Assembly (NCBI GenBank): GCA_964605945.1
Contig: CAZSEK010000001.1
Coordinates: forward strand, 1 to 54,211
Direction of reading: 5' to 3'
Length of the DNA: 54,211 bases
From: an uncultured Methanosarcinales archaeon
GTDB taxonomy: Archaea > Nanobdellota > Nanobdellia > Woesearchaeales > UBA9642
Part shown: piece by piece, positions 43,592-53,245 of the stretch
Position numbering within the stretch: position 1 is the stretch's first letter
How the letters are laid out: each line of letters starts with the position of its first letter
Made by a program: the position numbers and the translations under genes
Notes under the pieces: model-generated
Told to the model about the DNA's origin: nothing
The model's database searches: none
What the model saw: only the letters and a program-made list of their open reading frames with translations

Positions 43592-44587
43592 ATGGCTGAA
43601 GGGAAAAAACATAAAAGTGAACCTAAAGAGTATATGGAACATAAAACGCACAAAAAACACAAGACAACACAAACATTGGTTTGGGTCTTTGGAGCTGTCG
43701 CTCTTGCTGCAATAATATTATTGATTATTTCTATATTTACACATGGATTTTCAGGCGCATCAGGAAAAGTAATTTCAGAAGAAGAAGCAAAAGCTAAAAC
43801 ACTGACTTACATAAATACGTTATTACAAGGCCAGGCAGAAGCGACTGTTGATTCAATAACTGACAGAGGAGACCTTTATGCAATAAAATTAAATGTAGGT
43901 GGAAGAGAGTATGATTCTTATATAACAAAAGACGGATCATTATTATTCCCAAGCGCAATTGATATGACTGCAACACCAGAAACACCTGCAGAACCAGAAC
44001 CTCAGGAAATGCCTAAGACAGACAAACCAACAGTACAATTATTTGTAATGTCAGAATGTCCATACGGAGTACAGGCAGAAGAAGCATTTTTCCCTGTAAT
44101 AAAAGCATTAGCAGGTCAAATTAATTTTGAACTTCATTTCATAGCAAATGATAACGGAGACGGAACTTTCCAAAGTCTTCACGGACAAAAAGAAGTTGAT
44201 GAAAATATAAGACAAGTATGTGCAATGAAGTATTATCCAAATGCATACATTGACTATATCTCCTGCCAGAATCAAAATTTCAACTCAGGAAAAGACATCT
44301 CAACAACATGGGAAGAATGCATAGCAACAGCAAAACTTGATTTAACAACAATCAAAACATGCGCTGAAGGAACAGAAGGAAAAGAATTATTCATAGAAAA
44401 CATCAAATTAGCAGAAGAAAAAGGAGTTGGCGGAAGTCCAACAATGTACATAAACGATGTTTCATACAACAGCGCAAGAACAGCAGCAGCATTCCAACAA
44501 ACAGTTTGTGGTGCATTCAACACAGCACCAACTTCGTGCGATACAGTGATTGACACAACAACAACAGCACCATCAGGTAGCTGTTAA
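43592..44587 (+). CDS. Membrane-anchored, Cys-rich thioredoxin-fold (DsbA-like) protein with a CPYG motif
   Basis: N-terminal TM anchor. FVMSECPYGVQAEE sits where a CxxC would be. GGSPTMYIND is DsbA-like. Ten further Cys residues. The start at 43592 is favoured by TATA spacing (alternative 43577). Confidence 0.5.
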   Translation: MAEGKKHKSEPKEYMEHKTHKKHKTTQTLVWVFGAVALAAIILLIISIFTHGFSGASGKVISEEEAKAKTLTYINTLLQGQAEATVDSITDRGDLYAIKLNVGGREYDSYITKDGSLLFPSAIDMTATPETPAEPEPQEMPKTDKPTVQLFVMSECPYGVQAEEAFFPVIKALAGQINFELHFIANDNGDGTFQSLHGQKEVDENIRQVCAMKYYPNAYIDYISCQNQNFNSGKDISTTWEECIATAKLDLTTIKTCAEGTEGKELFIENIKLAEEKGVGGSPTMYINDVSYNSARTAAAFQQTVCGAFNTAPTSCDTVIDTTTTAPSGSC

Positions 44588-44630
44588 ATTTTTTATTATT
44601 TTTATTTTCTTTTTATTTGAGGGATAAATC

Positions 44631-45590
44631 ATGATATGCATAATAGCGTTAATCGTCTTTGGAATATTAGGGATATTCTCTCTAAAATACAGGATAATTG
44701 CAAAAGAAGCACTAGATTGCACATTCAAAAAACTCACATTAAGAAAATGCGATACTGGTCTTGATACTAGATTAAAATCGCAGATAACAGGAAAATTCTT
44801 AAGATTCTGGCCTGCATTAGGAAGAGCAGTCTATAAATATTTTGAAGTTTTCTCGTGGATATTTTTAATACTGACACTATTGACATTATTTTTCATGGGG
44901 CAAGGAATGTATAATTATGCAGTTTATGGAAACTGCAATGGACCACAAGGTGGATTCTGCATATATGATCCATTAGGAACAAACCAACCTCATGATACTT
45001 CAGCAACAGGAGGACAATGTTCATTGCCTCCTTCAGTTCAAGTAAATAAAACATTAACTCCTCCACCATTAAGAGAATCTCCTTATTTAGGAAATGAGAA
45101 TTCAAAAGTCATAATTATTGAATTCGGATGCTATGAATGTGAATATACAAAGAAAGCAGAACCAACTGTTAAAAAAATACTTGAAAAATACAGCGACAGA
45201 ATAAAGTATGTTTACAAAGATTTCCCTCTTTCAGCAGAGCATATAAATGCAATAAGAGCATCAGAAGCAGCATACTGCGCAAATGATCAGGAAAAATACG
45301 GGGAATACAGAGAATATTTATTTGCAAACCAGCAAAGATTATTATCAGAAGATTTGATTGGATATGCTATTGAATTAAACTTAGATAAAAATACATTCAA
45401 ATCATGTTTAGATTCTGAAAAATACAAAACAGTTGTTTCACAGAATTATGACGATGGTCTTGCATCAGGAATCACTGTAACTCCAACATTCTTTATAAAC
45501 AACCAAGTAATAAAAGGAGCAGAGGATTTCTCAGAATTCGATAAAGCAATCAGGAAAGAACTTAATATTCCTTGGTGGCAATTCTGGTAA
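44631..45590 (+). CDS. Membrane-anchored DsbA-family thiol:disulfide oxidoreductase
   Basis: Two N-terminal TM helices, then a Trx-fold domain with EFGCYECEY (CxxC) and VTPTFFINNQVIKGA. Confidence 0.7.
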   Translation: MICIIALIVFGILGIFSLKYRIIAKEALDCTFKKLTLRKCDTGLDTRLKSQITGKFLRFWPALGRAVYKYFEVFSWIFLILTLLTLFFMGQGMYNYAVYGNCNGPQGGFCIYDPLGTNQPHDTSATGGQCSLPPSVQVNKTLTPPPLRESPYLGNENSKVIIIEFGCYECEYTKKAEPTVKKILEKYSDRIKYVYKDFPLSAEHINAIRASEAAYCANDQEKYGEYREYLFANQQRLLSEDLIGYAIELNLDKNTFKSCLDSEKYKTVVSQNYDDGLASGITVTPTFFINNQVIKGAEDFSEFDKAIRKELNIPWWQFW

Positions 45591-45677
45591 AAAAGATTCT
45601 TGAACAGCATAGACGCAAATTCTGTAACATCACAACCTTTAAATATATCCATATCAGAAACTAATTTGGTGGGTGAA

Positions 45678-48329
45678 ATGGAACATAACGAAGAGCACAT
45701 AAAATCTGAAATTAAGAAGGTTATTGATGATTTCAGGGAAAATTATAAATTTCATAAAGAACATTCTGAAGCCAATACTGAAACAAGATTGGTTGAACCT
45801 TTATTTAAAGCTCTTGGATGGAATGAAAAAGACTGGACAAAACAAGAGCAAATTCATAGAGGACAAAAACAGGGCAGAGCAGATTATATTTTTAAAATAA
45901 ATGAGAGAATTGTTTTTGTTTTAGAAGTTAAAAAAGTCGGCATACCTTTAGAGAAAGAAGCCAATATACAGGTTATTTCTTATGCTTTATCAAAAAGAAT
46001 TCCTTTTGCAATTTCAACGAATTTTGAAAGATTGAATATATTTTGTGTAGAGCAGGAAGATGCGTTAAATAATAAATTTAGAGTTTTTACAGAGCCAGAA
46101 AATTATTTGACTAATTTAAACGATTTATTGTTTTTATCAAAACAAAGTTTTGAAGAGAATTTAATTTTGAAAAAAGCAGAATCTGAAGGCAGATTAAAGA
46201 GGAGAGTTTCTATTGATAAAACATTGCTTGATGACTTAATGAATGTTAGAAAATTGATTGCTAACGACATAGAAAAAAATTATTCTGAAAAATACGCTTC
46301 CAATGAAAAAGATGAAATTGTACAAAGAATTATTGATAGATTAATTTTTATAAGAAGATGCGAAGATACAGGAATCAATCCTGATAATATTATGTTAGAA
46401 GAATTAAACAGACTGCCTGATAATAGAGTTTATGGACGATTAAAAGATATATTCCAAAAATACGACGATGTTTATAACAGTGGATTGTTTGCAATTGCAA
46501 AAGATAATGACTGCGATATAATAAAAATTGATGGCACAATAATAAAAAAATTATTGTCGCATCTTTATCAATCAAAAGACGGCACATATATTTATGATTT
46601 TGATTGGATTGACGCAGATGTTTTAGGTCAAGTCTATGAGCAATATTTAGGAATAATTTTAGCACAGACAAAATCTGGAAAATCAAAATTAAAAGAAGGG
46701 CAGGCGCACAGAAAAGAGCAGGGAATTTACTATACTCCAACATATATTGTTGATTATATTGTAAAAAATACTGTTGGAGAGCTTATTAAAGAAAGAAAAG
46801 ATATGAAGAATATAAAGATATTAGATCCTGCTTGTGGTTCTGGCTCATTTTTGATTAAAGCATTTGATTATATGAATGATGCGTTAACTAATACTGATTC
46901 TGTGAAACAGCACAGACTAGATTCTCAAGGAGCTTATTCTATAAAAACAGAAATATTAAAGAATAATATTTATGGCGTTGATTTGGATAATAAAGCAGTT
47001 GAAATAACTAAATTGAATTTATTGTTAAAAGCTGCTGAAAAAAATAGAAAATTACCTGATGAATTAGATAAACACGTAAGACACGGAAACTCTTTAATTG
47101 ATGATTCTTCTATTGCTGGTCTAGATGCGTTCAAATGGACTGATGAATTTGAAGAAGGAAGCTTTGATGTTGTTATTGGGAATCCACCTTACATTAGAAA
47201 TACGGAGTTGTCGAAAACCGATAAGTCTTTTTTTAATCAAAATTATGTCGGAGCACATAAACAATATGATATTTTAGTTTTGTTTTTTGAGAGAGGCATA
47301 AAATTATTAAAAAATGAAGGATATCTCGGTTTTATCACATCTAATAAATTTATGGCTAGTGATTATGGTGAAAAATTAAGAGAGCTCATTCTTAAAAATT
47401 GTAAAATTATTTCTTTGATTGATGTTTCTAATTTAAAAATATTCAAAGACGCTTCTACTTATCCAGTTATTGCTATTTTTCAAAAAATCAATAATAAAAC
47501 ACAAAGAGATAATAATATCATCTCCTTTCACAAAATAGAAGACTTAAACAAATTATCCTCTAATAAGCAAATAATTAAAATAAAACAATCTAAGTTTAGC
47601 GAAGAAAAAGACAATAAACTTATAGAAAATAAAGGCGGCACGAGAAACGAGATAACTAAAAATATCGAACAAGGAAGCAAAAAATTAAAAGAGTTGTTTC
47701 TTTGTCAAAGAGGTTCGCCAAAAAATAAAATAAAAATTATTGAAAAAAGAACAGAAAATTCCGTGCCTTGCATAATGTCAAGAGATGTAGGCAGATACTC
47801 TATAAAAATATCTAAAAATAATTTTATCACATCTAATCTTCAAAAAAAGATTTTCAATTCAGAGAAGATATTGATGCCACGTACTGTTTTGAGTCTAAAA
47901 GCATCATTAGATGAGGGCTGTAATTTTATAATGGATAGAATATATTTTCTTATCCCCAAAGAAAATGTAAAGGTTAATCTTAAATTAGTAACAGGAATTT
48001 TGAATTCCAAACTGATTGATTTTTATTATAAGTTAAATTTCGGAAGTACACATGTTGGAGGAGGATATCTGGATTTAAGAGGTACGCAAATAGTCGAAAT
48101 TCCTATAAAAATAACTACAGAATTACAGCAAAAACCTCTTATAAAATTAGTCGATAAAATGCTTTCTTTAAACAAACAATTAAATTCTTTCAATGGTAAA
48201 AAAACAGCAGAAACTGCGAAATTAGAGGAAGAAATAAAGGCAACAGATTACGAGATAGACCAACTCGTCTATGAATTATACTCAATAACTAAAGAAGAAC
48301 AGAAGATTATTGAAGAGAGTTTGAAATGA
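45678..48329 (+). CDS. Type IIG restriction-modification enzyme (PD-(D/E)xK nuclease + gamma-class N6-adenine MTase + TRD)
   Basis: HsdR_N-like nuclease core LGW...GRADYIF...VFVLEVKK. MTase motifs GIYYTPTYIV, ILDPACGSGSFLI (I) and VIGNPPYI (IV). TaqI-like TRD GILNSKLIDFYY. GGTGA SD and TATA favour the ATG at 45678 over the TTG at 45600. Confidence 0.8.
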   Translation: MEHNEEHIKSEIKKVIDDFRENYKFHKEHSEANTETRLVEPLFKALGWNEKDWTKQEQIHRGQKQGRADYIFKINERIVFVLEVKKVGIPLEKEANIQVISYALSKRIPFAISTNFERLNIFCVEQEDALNNKFRVFTEPENYLTNLNDLLFLSKQSFEENLILKKAESEGRLKRRVSIDKTLLDDLMNVRKLIANDIEKNYSEKYASNEKDEIVQRIIDRLIFIRRCEDTGINPDNIMLEELNRLPDNRVYGRLKDIFQKYDDVYNSGLFAIAKDNDCDIIKIDGTIIKKLLSHLYQSKDGTYIYDFDWIDADVLGQVYEQYLGIILAQTKSGKSKLKEGQAHRKEQGIYYTPTYIVDYIVKNTVGELIKERKDMKNIKILDPACGSGSFLIKAFDYMNDALTNTDSVKQHRLDSQGAYSIKTEILKNNIYGVDLDNKAVEITKLNLLLKAAEKNRKLPDELDKHVRHGNSLIDDSSIAGLDAFKWTDEFEEGSFDVVIGNPPYIRNTELSKTDKSFFNQNYVGAHKQYDILVLFFERGIKLLKNEGYLGFITSNKFMASDYGEKLRELILKNCKIISLIDVSNLKIFKDASTYPVIAIFQKINNKTQRDNNIISFHKIEDLNKLSSNKQIIKIKQSKFSEEKDNKLIENKGGTRNEITKNIEQGSKKLKELFLCQRGSPKNKIKIIEKRTENSVPCIMSRDVGRYSIKISKNNFITSNLQKKIFNSEKILMPRTVLSLKASLDEGCNFIMDRIYFLIPKENVKVNLKLVTGILNSKLIDFYYKLNFGSTHVGGGYLDLRGTQIVEIPIKITTELQQKPLIKLVDKMLSLNKQLNSFNGKKTAETAKLEEEIKATDYEIDQLVYELYSITKEEQKIIEESLK

Positions 48330-49060
48330 AATCTGAAACATTGATTTATGGTACAGAATTGTTAATTATGTTAGATGAAATTGGAAAAGAGATTTCACTT
48401 CCTGAATTTGAGGAGAAAAGTAAGATAAAAGGAGACGAACTAAAAGAATTATTAAGATATCTTCAAGGAAAGGAGTATCTACGCTATAAATTAGGGTTAT
48501 TTATTAATGATTCAAAAATTTCAGACTCGACTATTGAGTTGTTACCGAAGGGAATGGAAGTAGTTTTAGGAAAAAGAGATTATTTTACTGAAGGAGAAAA
48601 AGTTGTTGAGAAAAAAGATAAAATAAAAGTAATTTTTGACAGCAATATTTATGATTTAATTGCAGATGGGAGCTTAAATATTAATTTGCTTTCTGAAAAA
48701 AAAGAAGATTTTGAATTTTATATAACCCATGTTCAAATAGATGAAATTAATGAATGTCCTAACGAAGATAAAAGAGCAAGATTACTCTTATTCATGACTA
48801 AATTATCCCCGATAGTTATTCCTACCGAATCATATATTTTAGGTAAATCAAGATTGGGTGAAGCTAGATTAGGAGATACAAAAACACTTGAAGAAATAAG
48901 AAAAGAAAATTCGGAACATAACGAAGATGCATTAATTGGAGAAACTGCAATTAAAAATAATCTAATTTTAGTAACAGAAGATAGTCAGTTAAAAAATAAA
49001 GTAAACTCGCTTAAAGGAAAAGCAATAAGTGTAGAAGAGTTTAAGGAGAGTTTAAAATGA
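48326..49060 (+). CDS. wHTH + PIN-like domain protein
   Basis: ATGA overlap with the RM gene. The C-terminal half has acidic PIN-like positions VIFDSNIYD ... VQIDEINE ... DALIGETA ... LVTEDSQL. Confidence 0.5.
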   Translation: MKSETLIYGTELLIMLDEIGKEISLPEFEEKSKIKGDELKELLRYLQGKEYLRYKLGLFINDSKISDSTIELLPKGMEVVLGKRDYFTEGEKVVEKKDKIKVIFDSNIYDLIADGSLNINLLSEKKEDFEFYITHVQIDEINECPNEDKRARLLLFMTKLSPIVIPTESYILGKSRLGEARLGDTKTLEEIRKENSEHNEDALIGETAIKNNLILVTEDSQLKNKVNSLKGKAISVEEFKESLK

Positions 49061-50217
49061 CCAGAACAAAACCAATTGCTGTAAATGTTGAACCATCTGT
49101 CTTGAAATGGCTGATTGAAAGTTCAGGATGGACAGAGGAAGAGATATCGAAGCGTCTAAAAACAAGCACTCAGAATATTAAAAATATGAAATTAGGAGAG
49201 AAGAAGCCATCTTTTAGACAATTGGAAGAATTAGCTATTATATTTAAAAGACCTGTTGCATCATTTCTATTATCAAAACCTTTGGCAGAAAAACCAAAAC
49301 CAAAAGATTACAGGATGCTTCCTGATAAAACAAATAAATTTGACAAAAAAACTATTTTTATAATGAGACATGCAAGAAGATTGCAAGAGTTAAGTAAGGA
49401 ACTATCCAGAAATGTTGATTATGAAACAAAATCGAAAATAGAAAAAATCAAAATTTCAGACAATGCAGAAATAATTGCGTCTAAATTTAGAGAGAAATTC
49501 AATTTAACTGAAGAAAAACAAAGAAAATTCAAAACACCTTATGAGTTATTTAACTATTTAAGAGATATTCTTGAAGATAAGAATATTTATTTATTCCAAT
49601 TTTCAATGCCTGTTGAAGATGCGCGAGGATTTGTCTTTGTAGATGAATCACCAAATATAATTGTAGTAAACACAAAAGACAATATTGAAGCAAGAATATT
49701 CTCATTGATGCATGAATTTGCACACATCCTTCTAGGAGAATCAGTAATTGATTTGCCAGATGCAACTCATACATTTAAAGATGATGTAGAGAAGTGGTGT
49801 AATGAATTTGCATCAGCATTCTTGCTACCTAAAGGCTTAGCAAAATCCGCTTTTGAAATAAATAAATTAAATCTTACACAAAAAGAAACTCTCAGATATT
49901 TATCCAATAGATATAAAGTTAGTAAAGCTATGCTTCTCCTAAATATGCTTAAATTAAAATATATTGAAAGAACAGATTATGAAGCTATATTGGCGAGGTT
50001 CAAAAAAGAAGAAATCAAACCTAAAAAAGAAGTTGAAAAAGGAACTGGTGGAGGAATACCTTCTGAAATAAGATGTCTTTCTGAAGTTGGAAATAAATTT
50101 GTTTCTCTAGTCGCCAATAACTATGATAGAGAGCATATAACATATACAGACGCATTAAATTATCTATCTATAAAATCAAAGAGTTTTGACAAGGTACTTT
50201 CGAAGGCGAAAAAATGA
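49057..50217 (+). CDS. XRE-HTH fused ImmA/IrrE-family zinc metallopeptidase (COG2856)
   Basis: ATGA overlap. N-terminal HTH (EEISKRLKTSTQNIKNMKLGEKKPSFRQLEELA). HEFAHILLGE HExxH motif. Confidence 0.8.
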   Translation: MTRTKPIAVNVEPSVLKWLIESSGWTEEEISKRLKTSTQNIKNMKLGEKKPSFRQLEELAIIFKRPVASFLLSKPLAEKPKPKDYRMLPDKTNKFDKKTIFIMRHARRLQELSKELSRNVDYETKSKIEKIKISDNAEIIASKFREKFNLTEEKQRKFKTPYELFNYLRDILEDKNIYLFQFSMPVEDARGFVFVDESPNIIVVNTKDNIEARIFSLMHEFAHILLGESVIDLPDATHTFKDDVEKWCNEFASAFLLPKGLAKSAFEINKLNLTQKETLRYLSNRYKVSKAMLLLNMLKLKYIERTDYEAILARFKKEEIKPKKEVEKGTGGGIPSEIRCLSEVGNKFVSLVANNYDREHITYTDALNYLSIKSKSFDKVLSKAKK

Positions 50218-50705
50218 CTGATAACGTTTACATCATAGATACTTCTTCTTTAGTGAAGTTAAATAGAAATAACCCAATCGATGTATTTCCAAGTATCTGG
50301 GAGAAACTTAAGTTTTTAGTAGATAATAATCGGCTCATAGCACCAAGAGAAGTTTTAAGTGAAATAAAACAAAATGATGATGTGCTTAGCAAATGGGCAA
50401 AAAATCAAAAGAAGATGTTCAAAGAGCCAACACAAAAGCAAATTGAAATAGTACAAGAAATATTGAAAGATTTTCCTGCATTGATTGATACTGAACGAAA
50501 GTTTGATGCTGATCCTTGGGTTATAGCTCTCGCTATTGAATTATCCTTAAGTTCACAACAAACACTATTTACTATTAAAAGAATTGTTGTAACAGAAGAA
50601 AAACTTAGAGAAAATAGGGTCAGAATACCTTTTGTCTGCAATAAAAAATCAATAGAAGCAATAGATGTGGTTGAATTATTCCGAGCAGAAGGATGGAAAT
50701 TTTAG
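50214..50705 (+). CDS. DUF4411-like PIN-fold nuclease
   Basis: ATGA overlap. YIIDTSSL..., FPSIWEKL, DDVLSKW, DADPWVIALA, IVVTEE and RIPFVC match my recollection of the DUF4411 consensus, the usual partner of COG2856 proteins. Confidence 0.65.
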   Translation: MTDNVYIIDTSSLVKLNRNNPIDVFPSIWEKLKFLVDNNRLIAPREVLSEIKQNDDVLSKWAKNQKKMFKEPTQKQIEIVQEILKDFPALIDTERKFDADPWVIALAIELSLSSQQTLFTIKRIVVTEEKLRENRVRIPFVCNKKSIEAIDVVELFRAEGWKF

Positions 50706-50814
50706 AGTTATAAAGAAAACAGCCAAATTCTTAATAGCTGACACATAATGTCGTAGGTTAAAAAATAATTCTTATTTTCATAAACATTTTAAATACATCA
50801 ATTCTAACTAACTT

Positions 50815-52026
50815 ATGAACATAACTAAGTTAAGAGAGGATTTTGAAATTCTGCATAAACGAATAAATAACAGACCAATTATTTATTTAGACAATGCGTG
50901 CATGTCATTAAAACCAAAGCAAGTCATAAATAAGATGAATGAATATTACAAAGAATATCCTGCATGCGCAGGCAGAAGCCATCACAAGCTAGGAAAAAAA
51001 GCAACAGAAGAATACAACAATGCAAGAAAAGAAATTAAAAAATTCATCAATGCAGGCTCAGAGCATGAAATCATATTTACAAAAAATACAACAGAAGGAA
51101 TAAACCTTGTTGCAAAATCATTTCCATTCCAGAAAAACGACATAATTATCTCGACAGGAAAAGAACATAATTCTAACTTAGTTCCATGGTTGCAATTAGC
51201 AAAAGAAAAACAAGTTAAACACAATATAATTTCAACAGACAATGGATTTAATTTAGAAGAATTTGAATCAATACTTAAGCAGCAGAATTGTGAAAATATT
51301 CTTGTATCTATGGTCCATACAAGCAACATGGACGGAACAAGCATCCCTGCAAAAGAAATAATAAAAATTGCGCATGAAAATGAAGCATTAGTTTTACTGG
51401 ATGCTGCGCAATCTGTTCCTCATAAAAAAATTGATGTTAAAAAATTAAATGCAGATTTTATTGCATTCTCAGGACATAAAATGCTTGGACCTACAGGAAC
51501 AGGAATTCTGTATGGAAAAGCAGAGCTGTTAAAAAAATTAGCTCCGTTCATGACAGGAGGTGACACAGTAAAAGACACAACATATACAACAATCGAATAT
51601 GAAGATATCCCTGAAAAATTTGAAGCAGGCCTGCAAAATTATGCAAATTTCATCGGTTTAGGAGAAGCTGTAAAATATCTGGGAAAATACATAGATGATA
51701 TAGAGGAGCATGAAATAAAACTAAACAAGATTGCAACAAATGGGCTTAAAGATCATGTAAATATAATAGGACCGCAAGACCCTAAATTAAGATCAGGAAT
51801 ATTCAGTTTTAATGCAAAAAACAAAATGGATTTCCATGAAATTGCATTGCTTTTAGACGAGACAAACAACATCATGATAAGGTCAGGCGCTCATTGCGTG
51901 CATTCATGGTTTAACGCACACAATATGAACGGAAGTGCAAGAGCATCATTCTATCTGTACAACACAGAAGATGAAGCAAAGCATTTTGCTGAAAAAACAA
52001 AAGAATTATTGAAGATGAAGAAGTAA
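50815..52026 (+). CDS. sufS: Cysteine desulfurase (class V aminotransferase, SufS/Csd type)
   Basis: PLP-lysine motif FSGHKMLGPTGTG and catalytic Cys motif IRSGAHCVH. 403 aa. Confidence 0.85.
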   Translation: MNITKLREDFEILHKRINNRPIIYLDNACMSLKPKQVINKMNEYYKEYPACAGRSHHKLGKKATEEYNNARKEIKKFINAGSEHEIIFTKNTTEGINLVAKSFPFQKNDIIISTGKEHNSNLVPWLQLAKEKQVKHNIISTDNGFNLEEFESILKQQNCENILVSMVHTSNMDGTSIPAKEIIKIAHENEALVLLDAAQSVPHKKIDVKKLNADFIAFSGHKMLGPTGTGILYGKAELLKKLAPFMTGGDTVKDTTYTTIEYEDIPEKFEAGLQNYANFIGLGEAVKYLGKYIDDIEEHEIKLNKIATNGLKDHVNIIGPQDPKLRSGIFSFNAKNKMDFHEIALLLDETNNIMIRSGAHCVHSWFNAHNMNGSARASFYLYNTEDEAKHFAEKTKELLKMKK

Positions 52027-52063
52027 ATAATTATTGAGGATGAAATAAATATCTCTATTCAAG

Positions 52064-52396
52064 TTAAAGTCTATAATCTGGCAGACAATCTGCATAAAGT
52101 CCGTCAAAGACTCCTGCCCTTTCTTCATTCATCTTTGCATAAAAATCAGATAATCTTTTGTATTGTTTCTCGATAGAAATTATTTTTGAAAGACATATAA
52201 GTGTTGATAGAACACTCTCAATCATATTAGGTGAAGGATGTGAATTATTAATTACATCATTTACCAATTTATCCAAATATCTTCTGTTTTTTGAGAAAAA
52301 AGCTACTTCTTCTAAGGTCGGATATTCAATCTCATCATCCATTCGGATATAGAGCATAAATATATTAAGATAACTGATTTTATAAAGTTTGCTCAC
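52064..52396 (-). CDS. Hypothetical protein (start uncertain)
   Basis: GTG start overlapping the ksgA stop (GTGA). Alternative ATG at MDDEIEYP. Confidence 0.4.
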   Translation of the reverse strand: MSKLYKISYLNIFMLYIRMDDEIEYPTLEEVAFFSKNRRYLDKLVNDVINNSHPSPNMIESVLSTLICLSKIISIEKQYKRLSDFYAKMNEERAGVFDGLYADCLPDYRL

Positions 52397-53145
52397 AGAG
52401 GGACTTTTTTCAGAAAATAATCTAATTCAGAGAATTCCTTATTATCCAATTCAAATAACTTTTTGGCGAATAATTCTTTATCCCCCATAAATTTTTTTAA
52501 TTCGTTCTTTGTTTTGTTTTTAATTATCGAAATCAGCGCATTCTTAAGTTTTTTATCGTCAAGAAATATTATTTCTTTGTAGATTGAATCTGTTTTTTTT
52601 GGTTTGAGAGAAATAACCGCGCTGTCAACTCTCGGATGAGGGAAGAATGAATGTGGTTTGACTGTTTTTAGAAGCTTTATTTCATACAATTCATTTGCAA
52701 TTATTCCTGTTCTATTTTTTGATTTTTGTTTTTCATCTGTCAAAAGATAAGCAAAATCCTTCCCTATCGTCAGGACGCATAAATCAAAATCTATCTTGAA
52801 TAGTTTTCTGAATAAAGGTTCTGAAATGTTATATGGAATGTTTGAAATAATTTTATTAAATTTGTATTCTTGTTTTATAGTTTCAAATTCATCAAGAACA
52901 TTCCCGTGAATTAATTTTAAATAACGATATTTATTTTGAGGATCAAGATTAATCTCTCTATCATCTATATCTATACCGATAACTGCACAGTGTTTTGCAA
53001 GTGCTTTTGTTAAAATACTTTTGCCATAGCCTATTTCAAGAACAACATCCTTATTCGTCAATTCAGATGATTTTACCATGAATTTAATTAACTCTTTATC
53101 AATCATATAATGTTGTCCTGTCTTGTCTAGATTGTGGTTGTCCAT
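52393..53145 (-). CDS. ksgA: 16S rRNA (adenine-N6,N6)-dimethyltransferase KsgA/Dim1
   Basis: GQHYMIDKELI, VLEIGYGKSILT (motif I) and ISNIPYNISEP (motif IV). The conserved domain starts at M62 of the track ORF (ATG at 53145). Confidence 0.8.
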   Translation of the reverse strand: MDNHNLDKTGQHYMIDKELIKFMVKSSELTNKDVVLEIGYGKSILTKALAKHCAVIGIDIDDREINLDPQNKYRYLKLIHGNVLDEFETIKQEYKFNKIISNIPYNISEPLFRKLFKIDFDLCVLTIGKDFAYLLTDEKQKSKNRTGIIANELYEIKLLKTVKPHSFFPHPRVDSAVISLKPKKTDSIYKEIIFLDDKKLKNALISIIKNKTKNELKKFMGDKELFAKKLFELDNKEFSELDYFLKKVPL

Positions 53146-53245
53146 GAAGAGATAAAATAACACCCAAATATAAAGATTACCAATAAATTCAAAAAAGAAA
53201 TAAAAATTTAGTAAAATTAATAAACAAGTGGCCCAGCATATTTTT

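Noticed and set aside
44631-44930. VKOR/DsbB-like quinone reductase function for the N-terminal membrane part of the DsbA-like protein
   Set aside because: Only two TM helices are evident, there is no membrane-embedded CxxC, and there is no resemblance to the 4-5 TM VKOR core.
45591-50814. att-like direct repeats or an integrase marking the defence operon as a mobile island
   Set aside because: Only a weak shared CAAATTCT...ACA string is present in the two flanks, which is indistinguishable from AT-rich background. No integrase, transposase or tRNA fragment is adjacent.
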